Source: an uncultured Candidatus Kuenenia sp.
Lineage (GTDB): Bacteria; Planctomycetota; Planctomycetia; Pirellulales; UBA1268
Direction of reading: 5' to 3'
Assembly: GCA_964545915.1 (NCBI GenBank)
Contig: CAZJHQ010000001.1
Span: 248,341 to 312,340, forward strand
DNA length: 64,000 nt
The stretch's first letter is position 1, and every line of letters begins with the position of its first letter. Shown here one piece after another: positions 32,101 to 39,703 of this stretch. The notes beneath the pieces were generated by a model that saw only the letters and a list, made by a program, of their open reading frames with translations, was not told where the DNA came from and made no database searches. A program made the position numbers and the translations under genes.

Positions 32101-32955
32101 GTCGTTGCCCCAAGTTTTGCCGACGATATTCCACTCGATCCCCGTTTGAAGTGCCGCCCGCGAGAGATTGCTTGACCCCACGACCACGATGCCATCCGAC
32201 GAGTCTGTAATCCGCCAAGCCTTCGGATGAAATGAACCGGGGTTGCCGCGAAGATTTTCAAGTTCCGCGAGCCGCGCTTCAAACCTGGGCCCGGCGTAAC
32301 TGATCCAGCCCAAAAGCTGTCGTAGTGCTTCCGGCTGCGTAAGACCGAGGTAATCGCCTGCAAGGACCCGCACCTTCGCCCCCGCGGCGATCGCGCTGAA
32401 CAGACTTTGTCCGATGACATCCAACCCCGAAGTCTTCACGAACGCCACCAGCAGGTCGACCTCGCTGGCCCCTGGCAGCCGCTCGGCAAGCCGTGGCCAG
32501 AGCGGCTGATCGGGCCCGGTGGTGAGCGAGAGCCGCAGATCCCCGTCATCGCCAGGAGGTGGCCCCGCCAAATAATTCCCCTTCTCCGGGATCACGTGCC
32601 GCACGCCGCCGCGGGGGTCGGCCATGTCGCCGGCATACCGCGGGATCACGTGCACATGCACATGCGGCACGGTTTGGCCGGCGGCGGTGCCGGCATTGAA
32701 GCCGACGTTGTATCCATCGGGCTTTGGGTCGAGCCGCTCATCGAGCAGGGCTTTCACCTCGCCGACGAGCGCCATGAGCGCCTCCTGCTCCGCGGCCGTG
32801 CACTCGAAAAACGTCGGCACGACCCGCCGCGTAATCACGAGCACATGCCCCGGTGACACCGGGAACCGGTCGTAGATCGCGAACGCAAGCGTATTCGCGC
32901 AGACCCACTCCGCCTCGGGGACTTCCAGAAACGGCGAGGGGGCGGCGGGCGTCAT
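29113..32955 (-). CDS. Multidomain fusion (A): HIT hydrolase, PLD nuclease, SF2 helicase, helical region, beta-rich putative DNA-binding segment, S24 LexA-like autopeptidase
   Basis: ATG at 32955 in ORF 29113..33048 (1,280 aa). HIT histidine motif TVPHVHVHVIP. Single HKD motif FHPKAWRI...GSSNLSRAAL. Helicase motif I ATGLGKTW, motif II VIDEVHH and motif VI QQLGRGLR. S24 elements: VYDLTAAAGFW (Ala-Gly site), GTSMEPLIPDG (Ser) and RFTVKKY (Lys). Confidence 0.85.
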   Translation of the reverse strand: MTPAAPSPFLEVPEAEWVCANTLAFAIYDRFPVSPGHVLVITRRVVPTFFECTAAEQEALMALVGEVKALLDERLDPKPDGYNVGFNAGTAAGQTVPHVHVHVIPRYAGDMADPRGGVRHVIPEKGNYLAGPPPGDDGDLRLSLTTGPDQPLWPRLAERLPGASEVDLLVAFVKTSGLDVIGQSLFSAIAAGAKVRVLAGDYLGLTQPEALRQLLGWISYAGPRFEARLAELENLRGNPGSFHPKAWRITDSSDGIVVVGSSNLSRAALQTGIEWNIVGKTWGNDALDRELAAAFDDLWQQATPLSPEVVERYAARAAEAAEVRRVWDGEPAPAAARAVPPATFTPRPWQQEALASLAAIRADGYSKALVAVATGLGKTWLAAFDVLAVGRELGRPPRVLVIAHRAEILAQAEATLRQAIAPASVSYVAGSSCDLAGQLVIASIQKLSRPDGLAALAAAAPFDYCVIDEVHHAEAPSYRRVLARLSELSRTTPSFTLGLTATPERTDGVDVATLFDDILAAQATIGDGIAEGSLVPFRYRGLKDDVDFEQIPWRNGRFDPAVLEAALENAPRMERLWAEWQAAPAGRTLVFCCSRRHAVFARDWLRKRGVAAAAVFSDAAGPGGPVSDPRMASLAAFHAGTLLALCVVDLFNEGVDIPLVDRVVMLRPTESKIVFLQQLGRGLRAAEGKLRLEVIDFVGNHRVFASRLVHLLSLAPATTAADATGFALLKRYLDGREPALPEGCVLDVELEAKELLAQFLPAGRAAVEEAYRSMRAELGRRPTPTELLHAHYLPHTLRAAHGSWFGFCRAEGDLDASEEGVVERFGAWLGMLETTSLTKSYKMVVLRVLLDHDALWGGMEISALATACRQFLESHPALRADLTSPKSPGREPGDSGSEPPPSSSMSAEAFTAYWLKWPLSRWMDDQAGKRWFTRRGDRFVADFTCPPEFRAAFESLTGELVDLRLAHYSQSRLRAPAALEARSASEGNGPNTTFRAKVSHSGGKPILFLPTVESVPSRPTGPTRVRLPDGREWVFRFVKVACNVAHPADAPSARGNNALPALLRDWFGPDAGLPGTNFEVEFTSIDGSWTLAPTKSPGWKPGDSGSELPPNHQRSSGSAPPFDLLTSPPPTARYTTRVPVYDLTAAAGFWGPESVPEEIGWTEVPGVSLKPGMFVARVTGTSMEPLIPDGSWCLFRPCPAGSREGRIVLVQLGTDGAGENGGRFTVKKYHSEKTVTADGWRHTSLQLLPVNPAFEPIEIEPEQAADIVIVGEFMTIAPQV
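29601..29680. repeat. Hairpin repeat inserted in frame (copy in gene A)
   Basis: Counterpart of 27209-27288. Translated KSPGWKPGDSGSELPPNHQRSSGS. Confidence 0.6.
30249..30304. repeat. Hairpin repeat inserted in frame (copy in gene A)
   Basis: Counterpart of 27857-27912. Confidence 0.6.
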
Positions 32956-32961
32956 GCCCGG

Positions 32962-32995
32962 CAGTGTACGACCCCGCGGGACAACCTTGGTCCTG
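32962..32995 (-). promoter_or_regulatory. Short J-type motif immediately upstream of gene A
   Basis: cagtgtacgaccccgcgggacaaccttggtcc. On the minus strand this reads GGACCAAGGTTGTCCCGCGGGGTCGTACACT, ending 9 nt before the ATG. It forms an inverted repeat (AGTGTACG/CGTACACT) with 33042-33049. Confidence 0.35.
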
Positions 32996-33020
32996 GGTAG
33001 ACTGCGTCGAAGGAGAGCTG

Positions 33021-33049
33021 TTGACACAAAAAGTGAACCTGCGTACACT
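33021..33049 (+). promoter_or_regulatory. Sigma-70-like promoter TTGACA-N17-TACACT for the plus-strand antitoxin/ParE pair
   Basis: Read directly; lies 22 nt upstream of ATG 33071. Confidence 0.45.
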
Positions 33050-33070
33050 CACCAAGAACAAGGTGACCAT

Positions 33071-33325
33071 ATGACGACTCTCAATTCGCTGCTGACAGAT
33101 GCCACCCAACTGCCGCTCGCAGAGCGGATCGAGTTGATCGAGGCGCTATGGGAGACGGTGCCCGAAGAGGCTCTGCCGCCGTTGTCCGAAGAGTGGATGG
33201 CAGAGATCGAGCGGCGGTCTGCTGAGTTCAAGGCGGGGATTGCAAAAACGACTCCGTGGGAGACTGTCCACGCCGAAGCTCTCGAGCGACTTCAAAAGAA
33301 GACTCATCGCAGCCAGGGTGGGTGA
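33071..33325 (+). CDS. Addiction-module antitoxin component (TIGR02574-like)
   Basis: MTTLNSLLTDATQLPLAERIELIEALWETVPEE...LSEEWMAEIERRSAEFKAG is the hallmark sequence of this antitoxin family. Confidence 0.8.
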   Translation: MTTLNSLLTDATQLPLAERIELIEALWETVPEEALPPLSEEWMAEIERRSAEFKAGIAKTTPWETVHAEALERLQKKTHRSQGG

Positions 33326-33624
33326 TGGCGGATGTCTCACTTCTCGATGGTGCCAGAGCGGATTTCGATGCCGCCCTCGATTGGTACGCTACGAGAAGTG
33401 AATCAGCGGCTCTTCATTTTGCCGCTGCCGTGGCGGACGCGGTGCAACGCGTCTCCCGCGAGCCTGGACGGTTTGCACTGATCGACGGAATCCATCGGCA
33501 GGCCCGGGTGAAGCGATTCCCCTATCGGCTCATTTTTCTGGTCGACGGCAACATGATTGCGGTTGTTGCAGTCGCACACCACAGTCGCCGGCCTGGCTAC
33601 TGGCGACACCGCAACGGATCGTAG
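33325..33624 (+). CDS. ParE/RelE-family toxin
   Basis: ATGA overlap with the antitoxin. ...ADFDAALDWYATRS...RVKRFPYRLIFLVDGNMIAVVAVAHHSRRPGYW is a typical ParE-like C-terminus. Confidence 0.75.
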   Translation: MADVSLLDGARADFDAALDWYATRSESAALHFAAAVADAVQRVSREPGRFALIDGIHRQARVKRFPYRLIFLVDGNMIAVVAVAHHSRRPGYWRHRNGS

Positions 33625-33646
33625 CGCCGTGTTTCCCCCCGAACCA

Positions 33647-33904
33647 ATTATTGCAGTTTACTGCCGCTATTGGCACGCCGGCTACAAGCGGCAACTCGAG
33701 ATCTACCAGTGGCTGCTGCGGCAGAACGGATTCCAGGTGTCGCCAACGGCCTACTGGGTCTATGCCAATGGTGACGCGGCCGCCGACCAGTTTGACCAGA
33801 CGCTGCGGTTTCGGATGACCGTGATTGCCTATGACGGGCGGGACGACTGGGTCGAACCTCACATCATGGCCGCGCGGGAGTGCCTGCTGAACGACACGCC
33901 ACAA
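33647..33904 (+). pseudogene. PD-(D/E)xK nuclease-family C-terminal fragment
   Basis: ...YKRQLEIYQWLLRQNGFQVSPTAYWVYANGD...VIAYDGRDDWVEPHIMAAREC... resembles the C-terminal third of Cas4-like PD-(D/E)xK proteins. No N-terminal part or plausible start is present. Confidence 0.4.
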
Positions 33905-34010
33905 GTTGCCAACATATCGGATCCGATATATGCTTCCGGTGCCCGAAACCGAGCAGCGAAAGCCGGTCGTCTGGCTGCACGGTCGCGCGAAGGCGCTGAA
34001 CGGGGACGCT

Positions 34011-34361
34011 ATGACCATGACGAGCAAGAAGCGAAAGGCACTCACCGCCGCCGGCTGGCGGGTGGGCGACGCGGCCGATTGTCTCGGGCTCACCGCTGAA
34101 GAGCGGCAGCTCGTCCATCTGCGGCTGACTCTCGCTCTCGCCATTCGGCGTCAACGCCAAGCCAGCGGTCTCTCCCAGAAGCAGCTCGGCGAGCGGATCG
34201 GCACCACGCAGCCGCGGGTCGCCAAGATCGAGGTCGGGGCTCCGGATGTCTCCCTGGACCAGCTCGTTCGGGCCTACACCGCCGCTGGCGGGCGAATCCA
34301 ATGCCAGCCGCCACGATCTCCCGTAAAGACGAAGTCGAGCCGGCTGAGGGTCGCACTATGA
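34011..34361 (+). CDS. XRE-family HTH protein (HigA-like antitoxin)
   Basis: ...RRQRQASGLSQKQLGERIGTTQPRVAKIEVGAPDVSLDQLVRAY is a classic Cro/C1 HTH. Confidence 0.7.
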   Translation: MTMTSKKRKALTAAGWRVGDAADCLGLTAEERQLVHLRLTLALAIRRQRQASGLSQKQLGERIGTTQPRVAKIEVGAPDVSLDQLVRAYTAAGGRIQCQPPRSPVKTKSSRLRVAL

Positions 34362-34513
34362 ACAATGAAATTGCAGCAATGGTTGCCGTCGCAGCACGGT
34401 TGCCCGCTGCCGAACGACGTGAATTGATCGATGCGATCGCAGATACGCTCGCCGACGAAGCATGCGAACCGCTGTCGCGGCCGACTCCGCGCGACTGGCT
34501 GTCGCCCGTCTGA
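34358..34513 (+). CDS. Small addiction-module-component-like protein
   Basis: MNNEIAAMVAVAARLPAAERRELIDAIADTLADE.... 4-nt overlap with the HTH gene. Confidence 0.4.
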   Translation: MNNEIAAMVAVAARLPAAERRELIDAIADTLADEACEPLSRPTPRDWLSPV

Positions 34514-34570
34514 TAAAGTGCCCCACGATCGATCGCCACACAATCGGCTTCCGAACCACGAGAGGTGAGT

Positions 34571-36919
34571 ATGCGCCCACGAATCGCCCTGGCCTTGATG
34601 GCCGCACTGTTGCCCGCCGGCCTGGCACCGCCTGTGGCTCGCGCCCAGGTGATCGGCGACCAGGTGACCGCGGCCGAAATCCGGGAGATTGCACGGGAGG
34701 CGTATGTCTACGGCTTCCCGATGGTGGACAACCTCCGCATCCAACACTCGTACTGCGTTGACAAGACCAGCCCGGAATACAAGGCCCCGTACAACCGGCT
34801 GCTCAACATCCCGCGGGTCTACACGCCCGATGACAAGGCCATGCAGACGCCCAACTCCGACACCCCGTACTCGTGGGTCGGGTTCGACCTGCGGGCCGAG
34901 CCGGTCGTCGTCACCGTGCCCCGGATTGAAAAGGGGCGGTACTGGAGCCTGCAACTCATCGACCTCTACACCCACAACTTCGACTATCTCGGGTCCCGCG
35001 CGACGGGCAACGACGGCGGCCGCTTCCTGATCGCCGGGCCCTCGTGGGCTGGGGAGATCCCGAAAGGCATCACGAAGGTGATCCGGTGCGAGACGGACCT
35101 CGCCCTCGGGCTGTTCCGCACCCAACTCTTCAACCCTGCCGACCTGGAGAACGTCAAGAAGATCCAGTCGGAGTATGCCGTCGAGCCGCTCTCGGCCTTC
35201 CTCGGCGAACCGGCCCCGAAGGCCGCGCCGGCCATCGACTTCCCGAAGCCGCTCACGCCCGCGGAACAGAAGACCGCGCTCGAGTTCTTCAACCAGTTGA
35301 ACTTCTGCCTCGGCTTGTGCAGCCCGAACCCAGGCGAGAAGGAGCTGCTGGATCGCTTCGCGCGGATCGGGATCGGCCCGGGGCGGACGATCGACTTCGA
35401 CAAACTCTCGCCCGAGCACCGCAAGGCCTACGAGGCCGGCATCGCCGACGCCTGGGCGGACTTCGCGGGGATCAAGCAGCGGATCGAGAAGGGCGAGGTG
35501 ACCTCCGGGGACGTTTTCGGGACCCGGGAATACCTGAAGAACAACTACCTCTACCGGATGGCCGCCGCTGTCCTCGGCATCTATGGCAACTCGAAGCAGG
35601 AGGCCATGTATCCGGTGTTTCTGGTGGACGCCGACGGGCAGAAGCTGAACGGCTCGAACCGGTACGTGCTCCGGTTTCCGCCCGGCCGGCTGCCGCCCGT
35701 GGACGCATTCTGGTCGCTCACCATGTATGACCAGCCGGCCAGCCTGCTGGTGGCCAACCCGCTCAACCGCTACCTGCTCAACTCCACCATGCTCGAGCAG
35801 TTCACGTACGACCCCGACGGCGGGTTGACGCTTCTGGTCCAGAACGAGTCTCCGGGCCGGGACCGCGAGGCGAACTGGCTGCCCGCCCCGAAGGGCGATT
35901 TCTGCTGCTATCTCCGGCTTTACCGGCCGAAGGCCGAAGCCCTCGACGGGCGGTGGACCGCACCGAAGCTGACCCGCGTGGCGGTGCCGGTGACCCCGGA
36001 AACCTACATCCGGGCCGAGACCGACCGGCAGTTCGGTGAGGTCGTCGGGATGGCCGGCGGGGTCAACCGGCTGTACCACTTCCGCAAGCCCACGCCGCTC
36101 GACAAGCAGAACATCGTGCGGATGAACCGGGACACCCTCTACTCGATGGGGATCGTCGACACGTCGAAAGGGGCGACTATCACCGTTCCGGAGATCCCCA
36201 AGGGCCGCTACGTCTCCGTCTATCTCGTCGACAACGACCACTACTGCCCGTTCGTGATCTACACGGCGGGCAAGCACGAGCTGCCGAAGGACACCAAGTA
36301 CCTCGGCGTCGGCGTCCGCATCAAGGTCTTAAACCCCAACGACCCGGCCGAGATCGCCCTCGTCAACAAGCTGCAGGACCAGTTCGTCATCGAGGCCGGC
36401 AGCGCCGACCCGCTACCCCCGCTCCGTTGGGACCTCACGTCGCTGAAGACGCTCACGACCCAGTACGAGAAAGATGGGGCAGCGTACGGCAGCTACAAGG
36501 GCATGATGGGGGCCCGCGGCAAGGTGGACGAGAAGACCCGGCACATCGCCGCCGCCGCGGCGTGGGGGCTCTTTCCGGAACGCGACGCCACCTACCTCAA
36601 CTACAGCGGCAACCATGACATCAAGGTCGGGCACAAGGCGACCTACAAGGTGCCGGACAACGACGCGTTCTGGTCGATTACCGTGTACGGCAAGGACGGC
36701 TTCATGAAGAGCGAGAACTGCATCCTGAACTCGTCCAACGTAAAGCTGAACCAGGATGGCACCTTCACCGTGTATTTCGGCTCCAAGGAGCTGTGCGGCG
36801 ACGTGCCGAACCGGCTGGACGTCACCGACGGGTGGAACTTCCTCATGCGGGTGTACCGCCCCGGGGCGTCCGTCTTGGACGGCACCTACCAGCTGCCGAG
36901 GCCCGAACCGTTGAGGTAG
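34571..36919 (+). CDS. Secreted tandem DUF1254/DUF1214 protein (two repeats of the pair)
   Basis: Signal peptide MRPRIALALMAALLPAGLAPPVARA. AREAYVYGFPMVDNLR (DUF1254) and ...FWSLTMYD... (DUF1214) blocks, with a second set (...FWSITVYGKDGF...). Confidence 0.75.
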   Translation: MRPRIALALMAALLPAGLAPPVARAQVIGDQVTAAEIREIAREAYVYGFPMVDNLRIQHSYCVDKTSPEYKAPYNRLLNIPRVYTPDDKAMQTPNSDTPYSWVGFDLRAEPVVVTVPRIEKGRYWSLQLIDLYTHNFDYLGSRATGNDGGRFLIAGPSWAGEIPKGITKVIRCETDLALGLFRTQLFNPADLENVKKIQSEYAVEPLSAFLGEPAPKAAPAIDFPKPLTPAEQKTALEFFNQLNFCLGLCSPNPGEKELLDRFARIGIGPGRTIDFDKLSPEHRKAYEAGIADAWADFAGIKQRIEKGEVTSGDVFGTREYLKNNYLYRMAAAVLGIYGNSKQEAMYPVFLVDADGQKLNGSNRYVLRFPPGRLPPVDAFWSLTMYDQPASLLVANPLNRYLLNSTMLEQFTYDPDGGLTLLVQNESPGRDREANWLPAPKGDFCCYLRLYRPKAEALDGRWTAPKLTRVAVPVTPETYIRAETDRQFGEVVGMAGGVNRLYHFRKPTPLDKQNIVRMNRDTLYSMGIVDTSKGATITVPEIPKGRYVSVYLVDNDHYCPFVIYTAGKHELPKDTKYLGVGVRIKVLNPNDPAEIALVNKLQDQFVIEAGSADPLPPLRWDLTSLKTLTTQYEKDGAAYGSYKGMMGARGKVDEKTRHIAAAAAWGLFPERDATYLNYSGNHDIKVGHKATYKVPDNDAFWSITVYGKDGFMKSENCILNSSNVKLNQDGTFTVYFGSKELCGDVPNRLDVTDGWNFLMRVYRPGASVLDGTYQLPRPEPLR

Positions 36920-36964
36920 CCGCACGGCAACCGCGGCAAGGCAAACCATCCCTGTGAGTGTCCG

Positions 36965-37213
36965 CCGGTCCCGATCGGCCAGCCGATGCCAGAGCGGTCG
37001 ATCGGGCCCGGTGGTGAGCGAGACCGCGGTTCCCAGGGAGGCCGGAGCAAAAGCGCTGGGGCTGCCGGCTGTGGGGCGATCCACGGTTTGCATGGATGGG
37101 TGGGTGGCCTGCGCACCCGGTGTCCCCCGGCTTCCGCCGGGGGCTTCTTGGGCGACAAGGTAATTCCCCTTCTCCGGAATCACGTGCCGCACGCCGCCGC
37201 GGGGATCGGCCAT
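36965..37213 (-). pseudogene. Fragment (A'') of the HIT-PLD-helicase gene: end of HIT domain to start of PLD region, with hairpin-repeat insertion
   Basis: MADPRGGVRHVIPEKGNYL-[VAQEAPGGSRGTPGAQATHPSMQTVDRPTAGSPSAFAPASLGTA]-VSLTTGPDRPLWHRLADR aligns with gene A GDMADPRGGVRHVIPEKGNYLAGPPPGDDGDLRLSLTTGPDQPLWPRLAER. It is preceded by a J-type motif (37222-37258) and TTGACA (37267). Confidence 0.7.
37040..37155. repeat. Hairpin repeat (core CCCCCGGcttccgCCGGGGG) inserted in the A'' fragment
   Basis: Related to the 27209 family. It is absent from the homologous position of intact gene A, which shows it is an insertion. Confidence 0.55.
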
Positions 37214-37420
37214 GTCCCCTGCAGGCCGGTTCGCCCCGGCGGGACAACTTTAGTCCGGGCCATTGATTGACATAGACGTGGTCAGCCGCGCACTCCTTTC
37301 CTACGGAAGCCACGGAATCGGCCATGTACGAGTGTTTGATGATGTGCAGGCACAGCCACCGCTCGTGACCGTGCGGGCGATCCGTTTCAAGCCGCCACAC
37401 ACAACCACGGAGGAAATCCT

Positions 37421-37627
37421 GTGAAGACGCTCGGGATCGAACAGGCCGCCCTTGATTCATGTGTGCGCGAGGCGCAGGACGATCGCGTATTGCTCACCCG
37501 CGATGGGCAGCCTGTCGCGGTGGTGGTCGGGAGGGCGTGGACCGGGCGATCGTCGGCGCCCTGCGGAAGACGGACCTGCGCTCCTGCGGATTGCTGTTTC
37601 GGGCACTGCGTGAGTGTCTGTCTATGA
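37421..37627 (+). CDS. Phd/YefM-like antitoxin N-terminus, possibly decayed
   Basis: MKTLGIEQAALDSCVREAQDDRVLLTRDGQPVAVVVG is antitoxin-like. The remainder is Cys/Arg-rich and implausible. Confidence 0.3.
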   Translation: MKTLGIEQAALDSCVREAQDDRVLLTRDGQPVAVVVGRAWTGRSSAPCGRRTCAPADCCFGHCVSVCL

Positions 37628-37909
37628 CACACGTGAGGTGCACCGAACGCTGGCCCGCGGCCGATGCGGCGTGTAGAATGCACGCAGCATCAGGAACGAC
37701 ACGTCCCCCAAGGCGTGTTGGAAACGCCTCGGCGGCGTTTCGGCAACCGGGCCACTGCAAGGCACACGGTGCTTCCGCCTGCATGAAAATGCCGGCGGGA
37801 TGTGCGTGAGGGGTTTTCCTCTCACGAAAAGAATGTTGCAGCAGTCCGCTGGGCGGCAGACGCCCGTCAGGCTGGTTCTTGGTGCGTGGCTCATTCTGGA
37901 GTACGCACG

Positions 37910-38230
37910 ATGGCCGAGAACTATTTTCCCGACCTTTTTCGTAGCCGGCAGCAGCGGATTCAGGCGGCGGACACCGCCGTGGCCGAGGCCCGGCGGGCCG
38001 TCGAACGGTCCAAGACCGGCGACCAGCAGCGGCTGATCAGGACCGCCGCTCGCAAGAGCGAACGGGCCGCGAAGCTCTACCAGGAGGTGGGGCTCGGGCT
38101 GCTCGCCAAGCAGCAGTTCGCGGCCGCCGCCCGCTTCTACTCGCTCTGCAAGGACACCGAGCGAGCGAAGCTCAATCAGGAGCGATGGTCGGCCGTGTCC
38201 ACGTATTGGGAGGAGCCCGAGAGCAAGTAG
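37910..38230 (+). CDS. Hypothetical helical protein
   Basis: ATG at 37910 in ORF 37802..38230. Coding-like composition; no recognisable family. Confidence 0.4.
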   Translation: MAENYFPDLFRSRQQRIQAADTAVAEARRAVERSKTGDQQRLIRTAARKSERAAKLYQEVGLGLLAKQQFAAAARFYSLCKDTERAKLNQERWSAVSTYWEEPESK

Positions 38231-38264
38231 CCGCGCCGGCACCCATCACACAAGGAGCATCGCC

Positions 38265-38531
38265 ATGGCCGCCCCGGAAACCCGCACCCGCCAACAGATC
38301 TACGAGGAGATCTACGCCCGGTTCACGCGAATGGAAGTGCCTCCCTGCCCGCAGTGCGGCACGTCCAACACGGCATCCGTGCAGGTAGGCATCGTCTGGA
38401 TCACGATCTGGATGGCCTCCACGTGCCCGAAGTTCAAGCTGATTCCTAACGGGCCGAAGCCCGGCAACTGGTTCTGCAATACCTGCCAGAAGTTCTTTGA
38501 CGTTCCCTACGAGCAAACCCAAGGAGGCTAG
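38265..38531 (+). CDS. Small zinc-ribbon protein
   Basis: CPQC...CNTC pairs. 88 aa. Confidence 0.5.
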   Translation: MAAPETRTRQQIYEEIYARFTRMEVPPCPQCGTSNTASVQVGIVWITIWMASTCPKFKLIPNGPKPGNWFCNTCQKFFDVPYEQTQGG

Positions 38532-38533
38532 TC

Positions 38534-38977
38534 ATGAGCGAGCGACGTGTTTTGACGCTGTACCCCTACCTGCTCCACGACTCGTGTTGGGTGTTCGACG
38601 ACGTCCGCACGGGACTCAAGGAAGAGGCCTTCGTGCTGGGAATGACGGAGATGATCTCCCGCGTGGTGGAGGCCAAGGGCATCCCCGATGCTACGAAGGG
38701 ATTTACGCTGACCTTCGCTGACGAGCCGTTCGGCGGCTATGACGCCGAGCTGCAGTGGCTGCGGGAGGACCCCTGTTCGGGCAACTGGTACGCGGGCACC
38801 ATCGCCGGGAAACGCATGGAAGGCTGGCTCTGCCCGGCGCTGCTCCTCTACTTCGAGCAGGCGCCGCGGCGGATCTTCGTGCGGTGCGATCCGCTGCCGG
38901 CCGGTTTGAACCCGATCTGGAATCCCCGGCCGGGCGAGCAGGCACGGCGGTTCGTCGAGGCACCGCCACCCCTCTGA
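38534..38977 (+). CDS. Conserved hypothetical protein
   Basis: 147 aa, 3 nt after the previous gene. ...LYPYLLHDSCWVFDDVRTGLKEEAFVLGMTEMI... looks like a conserved family that I cannot name with confidence. Confidence 0.5.
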   Translation: MSERRVLTLYPYLLHDSCWVFDDVRTGLKEEAFVLGMTEMISRVVEAKGIPDATKGFTLTFADEPFGGYDAELQWLREDPCSGNWYAGTIAGKRMEGWLCPALLLYFEQAPRRIFVRCDPLPAGLNPIWNPRPGEQARRFVEAPPPL

Positions 38978-39012
38978 CGCCGATCGGCTAGCCGCTGGCC
39001 GCGCGTCGGCGG

Positions 39013-39225
39013 CTAGCCGAGAAACCGGAACCGCGGCACGGTCTGTCCGTCCACGACGACCGTCTCCGCGAACATGGCCGCCGGCCGCACCCAGAGGCCG
39101 CGGTCGCCGTACTCCTGCCGGTAGACGACAAGTTGCTCGAGTGTCTCGCTGTGCCGCGCGACGCCGAGGACCGTGTATTCGTTGCCCTTGTAGTGCCGGT
39201 AGCGGCCCGGCGTGATCTCGGCCAT
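39013..39225 (-). CDS. DUF1653-domain protein
   Basis: MAEITPGRYRHYKGNEYTVLGVARHSETLEQLVVYRQEYGD..LWVRP...F is the hallmark DUF1653 sequence. Confidence 0.8.
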   Translation of the reverse strand: MAEITPGRYRHYKGNEYTVLGVARHSETLEQLVVYRQEYGDRGLWVRPAAMFAETVVVDGQTVPRFRFLG

Positions 39226-39245
39226 GCGTTGCCTCCTGTTGCTCT

Positions 39246-39653
39246 TCAGCCCCGATTCATCCACGTGATCGAGAGCTGCAGCACCGTGGCGATCGACACC
39301 CAGACGAAGTAGGGCACCTGGGCCGCGGCCACCCAGCGATAGTGCGGCCAGACGGCCAGCATCATCCAGACGATCGTGCCCCAGACGACGAGGATATCCA
39401 CGGCCGCCAGCGGCAGATTCCGCATCCCGAACTGGATCGGCGTGAACACGAGATTCGCCACGAGGTTGATGGCGAACGGCAGGGCGACAAGGAGCGGCAG
39501 CCGGCCCCGCCCCGCCTGCACGAACACGAAGCCGAAGGTCGCGAGGATGATGGGATAGAGGATCTGCCAGATTAGGCCGATCGTCCGCGGAGCAGGCGTC
39601 CATGACGGCTTGGCCAGGCTCTGATACCACTCCATCCACGGAACGTCGGTCAT
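39246..39653 (-). CDS. tspO: TspO/MBR family tryptophan-rich sensory protein
   Basis: ...WYQSLAKPSWTPAPRTIGLIWQILYPII...VPYFVWVSIATVLQLSITWMN. Confidence 0.85.
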   Translation of the reverse strand: MTDVPWMEWYQSLAKPSWTPAPRTIGLIWQILYPIILATFGFVFVQAGRGRLPLLVALPFAINLVANLVFTPIQFGMRNLPLAAVDILVVWGTIVWMMLAVWPHYRWVAAAQVPYFVWVSIATVLQLSITWMNRG

Positions 39654-39703
39654 GGCGGCTCCTCGCGACTCCCGCTACGCGGCCAGGGGCAGCCGATCGT
39701 AGA

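Noticed and set aside
29113-33048. Upstream extension of gene A to 33048 (31 extra codons)
   Set aside because: The extension covers the J motif and the divergent TTGACA promoter. The ATG at 32955 begins the HIT domain cleanly.
36413-37213. 266-aa minus-strand ORF as a gene
   Set aside because: Only the first ~80 codons are homologous to gene A. The rest is antisense to the DUF1254/DUF1214 gene.
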